A DNA stretch of 64,000 nucleotides. Origin: a plasmid. A model generated the notes under the pieces. That model made no database searches, was not told the DNA's origin, and saw only the letters and a program-made list of their open reading frames with translations. Shown piece by piece: positions 36,123-46,703 of the stretch; positions within the stretch are counted from its first letter, which is position 1; each line of letters begins with the position of its first letter. The position numbers and the translations under genes were made by a program. The stretch is taken from the sequence record CP099787.1. One strand, given 5' to 3'.

Positions 36123-37148
36123 CTAAGACTTATAAAAATCACTTTTGCATTTACTGGTCGACCTAATATTATCTGCCCAATTTATTAATTCGTTATTCGA
36201 TCTTGGTTTTGGCAATGTCTGAGCAATATTCAACCAACAACTTGTTGAATGCCCTTCATCGTCTTTTGTATTTTTTGCTCTTAATTTACTCCAATTATTA
36301 ACAGCTTGGTCTGCAATGCTAGGATGATTTACATACAGATAACCCGCCATATAAAGATCCGCAAAAACTTCTTTCCACAATGTAGAGGCGCTACCAAGCT
36401 CTTGGTAACTCATTAGATCTTTTACGTGGGATCTAAATTTTGGTGCTATAGCGTTTGTACCTAAAATTGTTGTCTTATCTGAATTTGCTGCATTTATATT
36501 GAATGTTAAATAATCTCTCTTAATATCAATACAATGTGCAAACTCATGCATCATTATTGCCATCTTTGGAATATCAAGTCTTTCCTTTGCAAGCTTATCT
36601 TTTGATATATTTTTTATCATTTCTTGCTTCATATCTTGGCTCGAAACATCAGAATAATTTAATGCACAATATCCGTTCATTAAATACATTGATGCGCCTG
36701 ATGCATCTGGTACAACTACTAATCTTGTTAGAGCCCAACTTGTCCTTGTATTTCCAAGTTTAATATATACATCATTTTCATGACCAAGCTTTTGAATAAT
36801 TCCGAATTCTTTACTCTTAGCATCTTGTTCATTTGTTTTTGTAAACTTTTGCTGATCTCTAATTGAGTACAAATGAAGAAATGTTCCTGAAGTGCCTACA
36901 ATAACTAAAAAAATCAATGATAGAGCACCATATACAAGTTTTATATCCCATCCTTTCAATACTTCTGAAAAATTTTTCCAAATAAAATACAATATATAAG
37001 CTACTGATATTATGGCTATACAAACATTTAACCCCAAAAAATTATTATTAGGTTGTATATAAAAATTCAGAATGACAATAAATATTGATGATATTACTAA
37101 TCCAATTTGTGCTAGAAATAGCAGGATCATATGCGAAATTGACTTCAT
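36123..37148 (-). CDS. membrane-anchored zincin-like protein (HEFAHC motif); paralog of 39431..40423
   Basis: It has N-terminal TM helices and the motif AIMMHEFAHCID. It shares SWALT.L....AS.ASM....GYC.LN with its paralog. Confidence 0.55.
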   Translation of the reverse strand: MKSISHMILLFLAQIGLVISSIFIVILNFYIQPNNNFLGLNVCIAIISVAYILYFIWKNFSEVLKGWDIKLVYGALSLIFLVIVGTSGTFLHLYSIRDQQKFTKTNEQDAKSKEFGIIQKLGHENDVYIKLGNTRTSWALTRLVVVPDASGASMYLMNGYCALNYSDVSSQDMKQEMIKNISKDKLAKERLDIPKMAIMMHEFAHCIDIKRDYLTFNINAANSDKTTILGTNAIAPKFRSHVKDLMSYQELGSASTLWKEVFADLYMAGYLYVNHPSIADQAVNNWSKLRAKNTKDDEGHSTSCWLNIAQTLPKPRSNNELINWADNIRSTSKCKSDFYKS

Positions 37149-37420
37149 TGTTGTTTGAACCGTATATCTTGTGTATGTTTAGGAGAGATGATACTAAAAT
37201 CACAATATATTGTGCTTATAAGGTAAAAAATCAACTTATATTTTTAAATTCCTGTATTTTCACCGCGCCTTTACTTCATAGATTCGCGTATATGAGCATT
37301 TTAATTGATCTGTATGAACATAGGTCTTAATCTTAAGTTAGGGCTTAAACAGTAAATGAACGCAATCTAGAGGGTATTTTTTATATTAGTTTGCTGAACT
37401 CCTAAAAAAAGAGGTTCCTA

Positions 37421-37648
37421 GTGAAGAAAAATCTTTTAAATATGCCACTTGATTTACAAATGAAAAGGGCTAATGAAGCTGGTCTAACTTTAGATCAATG
37501 GCAACAATCTATAAATGAAAAATTAGCAAATATGCATCAATGTGTTATTAAATCTATGGTTCCAACTGGTAAGTTTTGCTTCATCAAATTATCCGATTCT
37601 GAGCGATTCCAAAGGAAAATGGACTCGGCTATATTCGTAATAAAGTAA
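37421..37648 (+). CDS. hypothetical small protein (75 aa; GTG start)
   Basis: SD aagagg 6 nt before the GTG. Confidence 0.35.
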   Translation: MKKNLLNMPLDLQMKRANEAGLTLDQWQQSINEKLANMHQCVIKSMVPTGKFCFIKLSDSERFQRKMDSAIFVIK

Positions 37649-37673
37649 ACCATCGTAGCTAATTGGAAAAAGT

Positions 37674-37958
37674 ATGAAAACCAAAGAAATTATCCAAATG
37701 CCACTGAAATTGATCTCATCAAGTAAAAAAGATGATGTATACGAAAATATTGAAGCTCTTGTATTGAGCATAAAGAAAGATGGCTTTTTACTCCCTATCA
37801 GCGTGCGAATGAATCCCGATAAAACAGGAGAATTCATTGTTAATCTTGGGGAAAACCGATTTAGGGCAGCGCTAGCACTTGGTTTAAATACTATTCCTGT
37901 TTATATTGAGGAAGCTCCAAAAATTTCTATTGATTTCCTGTTTACGAGTCCAGAATAA
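37674..37958 (+). CDS. small ParB-like nuclease-domain protein (94 aa)
   Basis: ...LLPISVRMNPDKTGEFIVNLGENRFRAALALGLNTIPV... fits the ParB N-terminal domain pattern. Confidence 0.5.
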   Translation: MKTKEIIQMPLKLISSSKKDDVYENIEALVLSIKKDGFLLPISVRMNPDKTGEFIVNLGENRFRAALALGLNTIPVYIEEAPKISIDFLFTSPE

Positions 37959-37972
37959 TTAAATTTCGACTT

Positions 37973-39265
37973 TTAATTGTTAATTTTTAATAGCCCATCC
38001 CATGAAAAATAATTTTGGCTTAGGCTATTACGGCACATGGTCCATTTCCGATCCGGGAACATACATGTACCAACTGCAAGCTTTTTTTTACCAAATTTAT
38101 TAGTGATCGACTCGAACGCTAACATGAGATTTTCTTGTTTTGCTATATCATCCATATCTGTTAATAAGTCATATGTGAAAAGTGACTTTGGTTCCAGCCC
38201 GGTTAATATAAGCCCGCACTTTTTATATTCTATCCCTTCTGTATACACTTTCTCGATTAGCTTTACCGCAGCTTCAACCAAAGTTAAAACATTATCAGTA
38301 GGAATAACAAAACCACTTGTAGAGCTCTTATAGTAGTACTTTCTTTTATTATCAAATGGATTAGAGTGTGCGAATACAATGATACAACCACAAAGCAAAT
38401 TAGCTTTTCTAAGCCTTCTAAACGCATCTTGAGTATATCGAGAAATTGCTTCTTGTAAGTCTTCCAATGCTGTGACACGCTGACCAAAAGATTTTGATGA
38501 TATTATTTGCTTTTGACTTGGTGGACTATGCTCAATCTCAATACATGGGATTCCTCGCAGCTCCATTACTGTTCTTGCTAATACCACACTAAATTGTTTT
38601 TTTATCCATACTGGATTAGCAACAGCTAAGTCATAAACTGAAGAAAACCCAAAATTATTTAATTGCTTTGCTATTCGCCTTCCAACTCCCCACACTTCAT
38701 TCAAGGGAATATCCTGAAAAATGTCTTCTTTTATGAGTGGATCCATGTTAACTAAATCGCATACTCCATTGAAATGTTTCATCTTTTTTGCTAGAAAATT
38801 ACCTAATTTAGCCTCTGTTTTTGATCTACCCAATCCAACTGAGACGGGCAAACCAATTAATCGAAAGATTTCTTTTTTTATAGTATGTGCATATTCAGTT
38901 AGATCAAATAAACTCTCGTAATTAGTTAGTAAGAGCCAAGCTTCATCTATACTATAGACTTCCATTTCTTGATCAGTAACAAATTGATTTATAATAGAAT
39001 GAAAGCGTCTACTCATTTCACCATAAACTGTATAATTACTAGACAACATCACAACGTTATTACGCTTAATAATATCTTTTATCTTAAAGAGCGGAACGCC
39101 CATCTGAATTCCAAGCAATTTCGCCTCATTTGAACGGGCTACTACCGTGGCATCCCCATTTGACAAGACAATAACTGGTTTATCAATAAGTTGTGGATTA
39201 AAAAACCGCTCAATACTAGCATAGCAGTTATTAATATCGATTAGGGCGAAGACATGCTCTTTCAT
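37973..39265 (-). CDS. umuC: Y-family DNA polymerase (UmuC/MucB-like); no umuD seen upstream
   Basis: A 430-aa product. Its N-terminus (IDINNCYASIERFFNPQLIDKPVIVLSNGDATVVARSNEAKLLGIQMG) closely parallels the E. coli UmuC N-terminus. Confidence 0.85.
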   Translation of the reverse strand: MKEHVFALIDINNCYASIERFFNPQLIDKPVIVLSNGDATVVARSNEAKLLGIQMGVPLFKIKDIIKRNNVVMLSSNYTVYGEMSRRFHSIINQFVTDQEMEVYSIDEAWLLLTNYESLFDLTEYAHTIKKEIFRLIGLPVSVGLGRSKTEAKLGNFLAKKMKHFNGVCDLVNMDPLIKEDIFQDIPLNEVWGVGRRIAKQLNNFGFSSVYDLAVANPVWIKKQFSVVLARTVMELRGIPCIEIEHSPPSQKQIISSKSFGQRVTALEDLQEAISRYTQDAFRRLRKANLLCGCIIVFAHSNPFDNKRKYYYKSSTSGFVIPTDNVLTLVEAAVKLIEKVYTEGIEYKKCGLILTGLEPKSLFTYDLLTDMDDIAKQENLMLAFESITNKFGKKKLAVGTCMFPDRKWTMCRNSLSQNYFSWDGLLKINN

Positions 39266-39387
39266 GCTATCTTGAAAATGTTACAAATTCAAAATAAATG
39301 GTAGAGCTGAGTCTTAAAAAAAGCAAATTAAAAAAATTCTTTAAAATCATTACAACGACATTGATTGTCGTTAGTTATAATAATTAT

Positions 39388-39401
39388 TTGCGGATCCGCA
39401 A
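39388..39401. repeat. 14-bp palindrome TTGCGGATCCGCAA upstream of 39431..40423
   Basis: Read directly from the sequence. Confidence 0.8.
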
Positions 39402-39430
39402 CGCTTGAAACTAATTACCAGGATATAAAA

Positions 39431-40423
39431 ATGTCTAATCACAAAATTAACTTGAATGATTTGACTATCCCCGTCCTTTTCATTCTATTTGTGATTTCTA
39501 TCATGATATGGCCTCTGTTGGGCTTCATAATTCCGTTGCATTACCCGGTAATCGGTTTAACTATACTTTCTTTGATGACGATGACTCCCTTATTTTTTTT
39601 ATTAAATAGTCAAATTAAAAAGGGTCCTCATCCGGTTACTAGTAAATTAAAACAATTCATAATTTCAGGTTCTCTTTCTGCAAGTTTTACGCTGTTGATT
39701 GCATTGATAGCCGTTATAGTAGGTAATTCATTAAAACTCTATTCGCAAAAGCAATTTGATGATCAAAGGCAAGAATTTCTAAGTTCTGCAACCGGGTTTA
39801 AAATCTTAAAAGATTACGCTTTTAAAAATTATAAAACTGTGGTTGAGCTTGGCGACATAAATGATAGTTGGGCATTAACAACACTTAATATCCCTAATGC
39901 TTCTCCGGCTTCTATGCAAGCAGCATCGGGTTATTGCATTTTAAATCTATCACCCCAAAATGTCTTAAATACTGCACCTTCTTTAGTCGATAAGGACTTG
40001 TGGGTTCAAGGAATCATGATGCATGAATTTGCTCATTGTCTTGATAGGTCAAGAGATTTACCTAACAAAAACTCTTTGAACCCATTGTCCACTCTGTCCA
40101 TCGCTCCCGACCAAGCTAATAAAGTTACTGATCTGCAATCATATTTGCTTAATGAGAGATCTGAACAAACACAACTCTGGCGTGAAGCCGTCTCTGATAT
40201 TTTTGCTATCGGATACTGGAAAATAAAAGCTGATCACAATAATTATAATTCCTTAGTAAATTCACTATATAACTATAGAGCTGAAAGAAGTTCCGATGAT
40301 CCTGAGCATGGAACAATGTGTTTTATCAAGGCTGCTATGAATAGCAAAATTCCTTTATCTGAAGAGAAATTGTTTGAATGGTCAGATGAAATAAGACGAA
40401 CTGCTAAATGTAGAATTTCTTAA
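39431..40423 (+). CDS. membrane-anchored zincin-like protein (HEFAHC); paralog of 36123..37148
   Basis: Motif GIMMHEFAHCLD. The probable start is MSNHKI at 39431. A terminator follows. Confidence 0.55.
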   Translation: MSNHKINLNDLTIPVLFILFVISIMIWPLLGFIIPLHYPVIGLTILSLMTMTPLFFLLNSQIKKGPHPVTSKLKQFIISGSLSASFTLLIALIAVIVGNSLKLYSQKQFDDQRQEFLSSATGFKILKDYAFKNYKTVVELGDINDSWALTTLNIPNASPASMQAASGYCILNLSPQNVLNTAPSLVDKDLWVQGIMMHEFAHCLDRSRDLPNKNSLNPLSTLSIAPDQANKVTDLQSYLLNERSEQTQLWREAVSDIFAIGYWKIKADHNNYNSLVNSLYNYRAERSSDDPEHGTMCFIKAAMNSKIPLSEEKLFEWSDEIRRTAKCRIS

Positions 40424-40456
40424 AAAAATGCCCTCAATTTTGAGGGCATTTTATTT
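40422..40456. terminator. rho-independent terminator
   Basis: aaaaaaatgccctcaattttgagggcattttattt. Confidence 0.7.
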
Positions 40457-40539
40457 AATTTCTCTTTCCGTTCCTTAACTTAGCATCGATAACAACAAAC
40501 TTTCGATCGACCGTTTCCATATACTGTTTTGCCGTCGTA

Positions 40540-40980
40540 TTAATTCCCATTTTCGTAAAGTTGTGCATTGTTTCTCATAGCCTTCACAGATACACCGGCT
40601 AAAGCCATTTTACCTTGTCTTGCTGCTACAGCCATGCTTGGATTACCAATGTTATGGACTGTATAAATATCTGCAAGTGTTACGTTATCTCTTATACCAT
40701 TGGCTTTAAAAGCAGATTTAACACGGTCTTCTGCATCTTTAATATGTTCAGCTAAAGCTAGTGCTCCAATTCTTGGATCCTTCCTTTTTTCAAGTAGCTC
40801 TTCTCTAGATAAACCTCTTAGTGCTCGCAGTTCAGGATGTCTCGATTTAGCAATTCGTTCAGCAAACGTTCCAGCTACAAATTGGCCTAAGCCGGTTGCT
40901 TTAGTTGCTGATACAGCATCTTCTTTGAACGAGCTCTCTAAACCCGAAATTAAAATAACTTTCTGAGGGTCCACCCCCAC
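40540..40980 (-). CDS. SLT-domain lytic transglycosylase-like protein (146 aa)
   Basis: The catalytic region is LESSF...AVS..GA.GLGQF, and it lies downstream of traG. Confidence 0.6.
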   Translation of the reverse strand: MGVDPQKVILISGLESSFKEDAVSATKATGLGQFVAGTFAERIAKSRHPELRALRGLSREELLEKRKDPRIGALALAEHIKDAEDRVKSAFKANGIRDNVTLADIYTVHNIGNPSMAVAARQGKMALAGVSVKAMRNNAQLYENGN

Positions 40981-41045
40981 TTCCCTAGCAGCTTGAATTA
41001 GAAATCCTCCTGTTTTTTCATACTGCCTATAGAGTTGGGGGTCCT

Positions 41046-44000
41046 TTACTTTTTTGGGTCAATATCTCTTCTGTTCCACTGGCCAAATGAAGCACCATTA
41101 CTGTTTATATGGGTTTCATTTTTTGGCATAACCTTTTCTTTCAACTCGGTAAATGCTTCTTTCGCATGACCAATAGGATCAAAATCAATCGTGTCCTTAA
41201 TATCTTTACGTTTCCATTCTCCTACTTTTTCTTCAAGCTCAAAGTTTCTATCTTTTGTGTGCTCAGTTTTATTATGTTGATTCTGCTGAATAACTGACAT
41301 ATTACCTTCAATATCATCCAGACTATTTTTCACACCACTAATTGCTGAAGATGGCCCCGTATTCACTGACACTTGTTTAATTCCAGTACCAATATTGCTA
41401 GAATTTTTAGCAAAATCCGCACTGATCCCACTTCGGCTTCCCACATTGCCTTTATTTGATCTAAAGTCACTTGGCAAATTAAATTCAATTGGCTTTCCGT
41501 CAGCATATGTGCTTGGAGTCTCTTTAATTCGTGCAGTTTCATTAGCTAAATAATCTTGCATGTATTGGGTTTGTTGCTGCGGACTTAAATTACTAAATTG
41601 AATCTGGTCTAGGCCAAAATGTTGAGCAACTTCTTTTTTAAACTTAGGATCTTGTGCAAAGTTATAACCACTTTCCATTGAATGAGAGCTTGCAAAAGAA
41701 GTACTACGTGCTTCTTCATTTCTTGAACTTAATTGTGCATTTCTATTTTCTGCATAACTATTATTTTCATAAAGGCTGGCCGAACGTTCATGACCATTTG
41801 ATGAGGTGTGAGTTTCATTTTGACTTTCATGTTTGTTATGTTCTAGATCATTACGATAATTAACTCCGGTAGATACACCGCGATACTCATCAACTGCTGA
41901 AGTTCTGTTTTGACCTTCATCTTGTGTACCACTCCAGTTAATACCTTTCTGACCTTGTGCATAGACTCCAACACCAGCTTGAATACCAACTCCAGCTTTA
42001 CCACCTTTACCACCTTTACCACCTTCTCCTTTAGATACAGGTTGAACATTCCCTGGATTAGTTGGAGAGCCAGCAACACGTTTTTCTTCAGAGCCTCCAC
42101 CACCACTTCCGGCACCACCACCTAAGCCTAAATTTCCGTTTGCTCCGGCAGACATGGCCGTATAATCTGTCTTACTTAATGAAACACCCGTATGTGTAGT
42201 ATCTGATTCGTTTTGGTTCGTTCCAGTCGTATACCCTTTCGAATTTCCAACTCCTGTTAATGAAGAATTAGATACACCTCTCTCATCCGTTAAGCCATAT
42301 GTTTCAGATCTGTTATATGAGTTTGTATTCGTTGAACCGGTTGCTTTGTCATATGTCGCACCAACGCCATATACAGAATCTGTACTCTGTCCATATCGGT
42401 TTTCGTTGCTTCTGCTTATTGATTGGCCTGTATGAAGAGATTGCGCTGTTGTATCTTCAAGCTTTTGAGTATTCATAACTCCAGATGGGGTTAGTGTATG
42501 GCTAGTTCCATACTCATTTGTTAAAGTTGTTAAACCTCGGCTTTGTGAAAGATTGCTATCATATTTGTTCATTGAAGTGTTGTTGACTGAAGATGAATCA
42601 ATATTAGTTTCACCCAATGTCATATTACCCATTGCCATTGAACTGCCGATCGACGAACCTGCTGATGTAAAGCGCCCAACTATTTGATTTCCAATTGCAG
42701 CTATATCACCATAAAATCCTCGTGCTATCCATGCAGCTAGAGGTATAGTTAGAATTACAAATAATCCAATAACAGTTTGAATATCAACGACTGTGGAGTC
42801 TAATACCCCCATTTTAGTAAAGGGAATGCCCTCACTAAAATCTAGAGCTTCTGCTTTCCGTCTTAGATATAGCATTGAAGCATGATTAATTAATGCGAAA
42901 ATTAGAGGAAAAAGGCCAAGCGTTAAAAAGCTTGTAAAGTAACCGGATAAAATATTTACTGCCGTACTCGGTTTTAAAACTATTAACATGACCGCTATTG
43001 GGAATGTTGCATATAGAACAACTTCTAGCCAATTTCTCACTATCGGAATGACTTCAAATGCTAATTTTGATAAAACTGCGGCTGCACCTTTCATTTGTTC
43101 TGAAGCTGCTGCTGCACCTGCCGATGCCATTAATTCTTGTATACGAGTTTGATCATTAATAAGTGCCGGTAATTCAGTATTTGCATCTTTCATAATGTTA
43201 TTAAACATACTTTGTTTAACAGCATCAGAAGCACTTTGATTAGCTCCAAGTATCCAGCTATAACTTGTTCCAACAGCATTTGTATACATAGATAAAGCAG
43301 TCGCTTCATTAAAATCTATAAATGCATTTTTTCCGTAATAGCGCATTGCTGCTGCAATACCATCGTTAACTTGTTGCTTTAATCTTGTTGCTCCTTCGAC
43401 ACATGTGACGGTTTCAGGTGCACCTTTCAAAATACCCAGAGTTACAAATCGCGCTGGATTTGTATTGGAAAATAGCTTGTTCCAACTATCTGTTTTCTGC
43501 ATCAAATCTTCAGCATTCAATACCCCATCTTGCATGTCGTAAATTGAAACATTCTTTGATATATTGCATAATATCAGCACGCAAACTAGGACTAGTGATA
43601 CTCATTTTATTTGTGTTTCTTATTAGGGCTTGACCAAAGCCCATATCACCAGTTCCTGTTAAACTTAGGCTGCTAGGTACGGAAGTAAGTGTTTCATATT
43701 CTTTAGTTATCCATCCCGTTGTGAAATTTGTTGTGAATGCTCCCATTGCTAACAGCCAGGGAACATTACCCACAATTTTTGGAGGCTCTTGCTTAAGTTT
43801 ATCAACTACGGCCACTGAACTAACCGGCGCCATAATGATTACTACAATAAAGTAAGCCCAACCAAAATTTCTAACAAACTTTCCTAAATCTCTATCTAAA
43901 GCAAATACAAAAAGCGAAGCCATGATCGCAGTTAAAAAGATGAATTTTAAAGCCCCTACCCAGTCGCTACTTCCCATGAGAGATGCAACAGCATTAAGGA

Positions 44001-44049
44001 TTAAGTAGGTACTTTCAACGTTCCAGTACGTTTCAATTGTAAAGTCCAT
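41046..44049 (-). CDS. traG: TraG (F-type mating-pair stabilisation/entry exclusion protein), apparently frameshifted (ORFs 43510..44049 and 41046..43580 overlap)
   Basis: It has an N-terminal multi-TM region and a long C-terminal Gly/Ser/Thr/Asn-rich region. Its position after traH matches F-like order. Confidence 0.7.
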
Positions 44050-44064
44050 AATTATTATCCCTAC

Positions 44065-45492
44065 TTATTTATCTAATGTGTTAGCGAAGACAATTGACTG
44101 TCTTAAAGCTGGAGCTAAATTTGAATGTAAAGTTCGCTCCATATGCTGAACTTCCTGGGCGATATTAAATGAGACATTGGAACGTGCGTAAGCAACTTGC
44201 GTGCTTTGGTTCAAGTCTGCTCTTGTTTTATCTAAGGTTTCTCTAATCTTAGTAACTTCTTGAGCAGTTACAGCATCAGCCGTTCCAGCAATAATATTGC
44301 CTAAAGCAGCTTCAACCATCTTTGAAGTTATTTCAAAGTACGCAAGAGCATATTTTGCTGCTATCAGTTCTTTGTACTGGTCTAAGGCCATCATTGCAGC
44401 AGTACTATCACCACCATATCGAGTATTCAGTGCTATGATTTTATAGATCGGAATATCTGTTAAATTGATGAATTGAATGATTCCACCAGCATCAGTAATT
44501 GGGCGACGTTGCGAAATAGCATCCGCTAGTAATCTCATCTTTTCATCTACTAGCGAATAGAATGTTTCATTAGTTGTTAAGTTGTCTTGAACAAGAGATG
44601 TACATTCATCTTCACGTGTACCATCGACACAACGCCAAACTGGAAATTGTGCTTGTGAACTTGCACTAGTACCAATGAGTGTAGAAATATTATCGATTCT
44701 TCGCGGATAAGCGACTATTTTAGGCGTTCCATTGGTTGGATCTTCAGTTATAACTACTGTACCCACCATTGCCATGATTAAGTATTTTTGGTCTGTAGGT
44801 AATGCTGAAATTTTTGATAATGCTTTCCAAGTCAAGTTACCATCCGGTATATGATTTTTCATATTTGGATCTTGATTAGATAAATTATCTAAAGTTTGAT
44901 TTGTTTGTTGTGAATTTCCCTTATTCTTGGTCCATGCTTCTGTCATATCACTGAAGATATTTTTTATTGTTCCAAAATTCATTGAAGATTGTTCGCGTCC
45001 ACGCAATGCAACAGTAGAAGTTGCTGCATTAACAATCCCTTTCGCTGCCTCACACGAATCAATGTTCATTCTATTAATTTGTTGAGAGGCAGATTGAAGA
45101 GCTTGCAGAACGTTATCGCAAGTCGGACATAAATTTTGTAAAGCTAATTTAAAGCCATATCCCAATGCATTTGAGCCGATATTTTTTAGCATGGCTACAA
45201 ATTGTTCTTTATTTACAAAGCTGAAGCCACCCATATACAAGTCAATGCCGCCACAACCAGCATTAGCTGAAGGAGGGGTAATAGCAGCTAGATTATATGT
45301 GGTGTTGGGAGTTCGCATAAACAAACTCCCACCTGTCATATAATTCATAGTCTGGCCCTGGATTGCGGTTGGCTGAGTAACATTTCCACGCGCATTTATT
45401 TGGTCAAAAACTTCTTGCATTGAGGCTGGATCGGCATTTGCAGAAACCGTAATACCAAATAGAACACCTATAATTAATGCTTTAATTTTCAT
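44065..45492 (-). CDS. traH: TraH (F-type)
   Basis: A 475-aa product with a signal peptide, matching TraH in size and position. An HP2-SD leader lies upstream. Confidence 0.7.
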   Translation of the reverse strand: MKIKALIIGVLFGITVSANADPASMQEVFDQINARGNVTQPTAIQGQTMNYMTGGSLFMRTPNTTYNLAAITPPSANAGCGGIDLYMGGFSFVNKEQFVAMLKNIGSNALGYGFKLALQNLCPTCDNVLQALQSASQQINRMNIDSCEAAKGIVNAATSTVALRGREQSSMNFGTIKNIFSDMTEAWTKNKGNSQQTNQTLDNLSNQDPNMKNHIPDGNLTWKALSKISALPTDQKYLIMAMVGTVVITEDPTNGTPKIVAYPRRIDNISTLIGTSASSQAQFPVWRCVDGTREDECTSLVQDNLTTNETFYSLVDEKMRLLADAISQRRPITDAGGIIQFINLTDIPIYKIIALNTRYGGDSTAAMMALDQYKELIAAKYALAYFEITSKMVEAALGNIIAGTADAVTAQEVTKIRETLDKTRADLNQSTQVAYARSNVSFNIAQEVQHMERTLHSNLAPALRQSIVFANTLDK

Positions 45493-45525
45493 AACATCAC
45501 CTTAAGCCGTGAGGCTCCTTTATTA

Positions 45526-45855
45526 TTAAGATACTTGAATTGGTTTATCGCAATTCTCATCAGAGGTTTTAGTACCACTTAATTCTGGTTTTTTAAGTTT
45601 TCTGCTCCTTTCGTTTAATGAACTAGAATGTAAATGTTGCGGATCCGCAATCTTAGTTTTACTAGATGTTAATTCTTTATGTTCATTACAAAAACGGCCA
45701 GATTCAACTTTGATTAATCTATTTTTCTGAAGTGAATGAGCTGTTTCTCTTTCACTATTAATCTTCAAAAAAACATCTTGCATTGAGTTTGAGCCAGCGA
45801 ACATAGGGCCAGAACAAATCAAAGATAAGGAAATTACTATTAATTTTGCTTTCAT
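45526..45855 (-). CDS. small exported protein/lipoprotein (109 aa)
   Basis: Signal peptide with LICSG; HP2-SD leader upstream. Confidence 0.5.
   Translation of the reverse strand: MKAKLIVISLSLICSGPMFAGSNSMQDVFLKINSERETAHSLQKNRLIKVESGRFCNEHKELTSSKTKIADPQHLHSSSLNERSRKLKKPELSGTKTSDENCDKPIQVS
45637..45650. repeat. 14-bp palindrome TTGCGGATCCGCAA (inside ORF 45526..45855)
   Basis: Read directly from the sequence. Confidence 0.8.
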
Positions 45856-45889
45856 AGAGACACCATAAGCCCTTCGGCTCTAATTAAGT

Positions 45890-46703
45890 TTAAAAATCTT
45901 GACCTGGTTGGGTATTTGTAAGTACCCAAATTCTTTCTATGACTTCATTTAAAGACATTACACCAAATCCGATCGGTGCGTGATCTTTAGTTTTTTTAGA
46001 TGCAATAAAGGTAGCGGGTACTTTTTCAATACCCCATTTTTGTACCACTTGCACGGCCATCTACAGGATTTGGAAAGTCAGGTAATCCAGCTCCATCAAC
46101 ACTAACGCCAAGCACTTCAAAACCATACATTTGTGATAATTGTTTAAGTATTGGAGCCATTTGATGACAGTACGGACAATCTGATCTGAAGAAGAATATC
46201 AATCCTTGTTCTTTACTTAAGTTCTTAAGATATCCATCAATTTGCGTTTGCTTTGCCTGTGCTTGAACTTTAATCGCTGCATTATTAGATGGGTTTCTTA
46301 ATGAATAATCATAGTCTGGATTCTGATAAACTACTCGTCTCCATTGGTCTGTAAATACAGTTGCTTTGTTTTGTACAAGATGCCATGCATCAAGATAATT
46401 TTTGATGTTCTGTTCTGTCGGATACATGACTGCTATATCTTCTCGTTTTTTTAACTCAGCTCGAAGTTCAGTCGCAGTCTTTAATTTATTTAAATCAGTA
46501 ATAGGATCAAATAAAGGAGCTTGTTTAGGAGTTTCCTTTTTTACTTCCTGAACCGGCGTTTCTTCTTTTGGCTTATTACAATACCAGTTGACTTTAGTTC
46601 GATCACAATTCCAAACAGAGTCATAATCCAATACATTATTGGCTTTTGTTAGCTGAGTTAGCCCACTAAATACAACCATTGAAGCTAAGATTAATTTATT
46701 CAC
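45890..46703 (-). CDS. trbB: TrbB-like periplasmic thioredoxin-fold protein (CPYC); the 3' end is frameshifted near 46055
   Basis: The active site is SDCPYCHQ. After a +1 shift the frame continues ...VQVVQKWGIEKVPATFIASKK... (the cis-Pro/beta-strand of the thioredoxin fold), ending at 45890. Confidence 0.65.
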
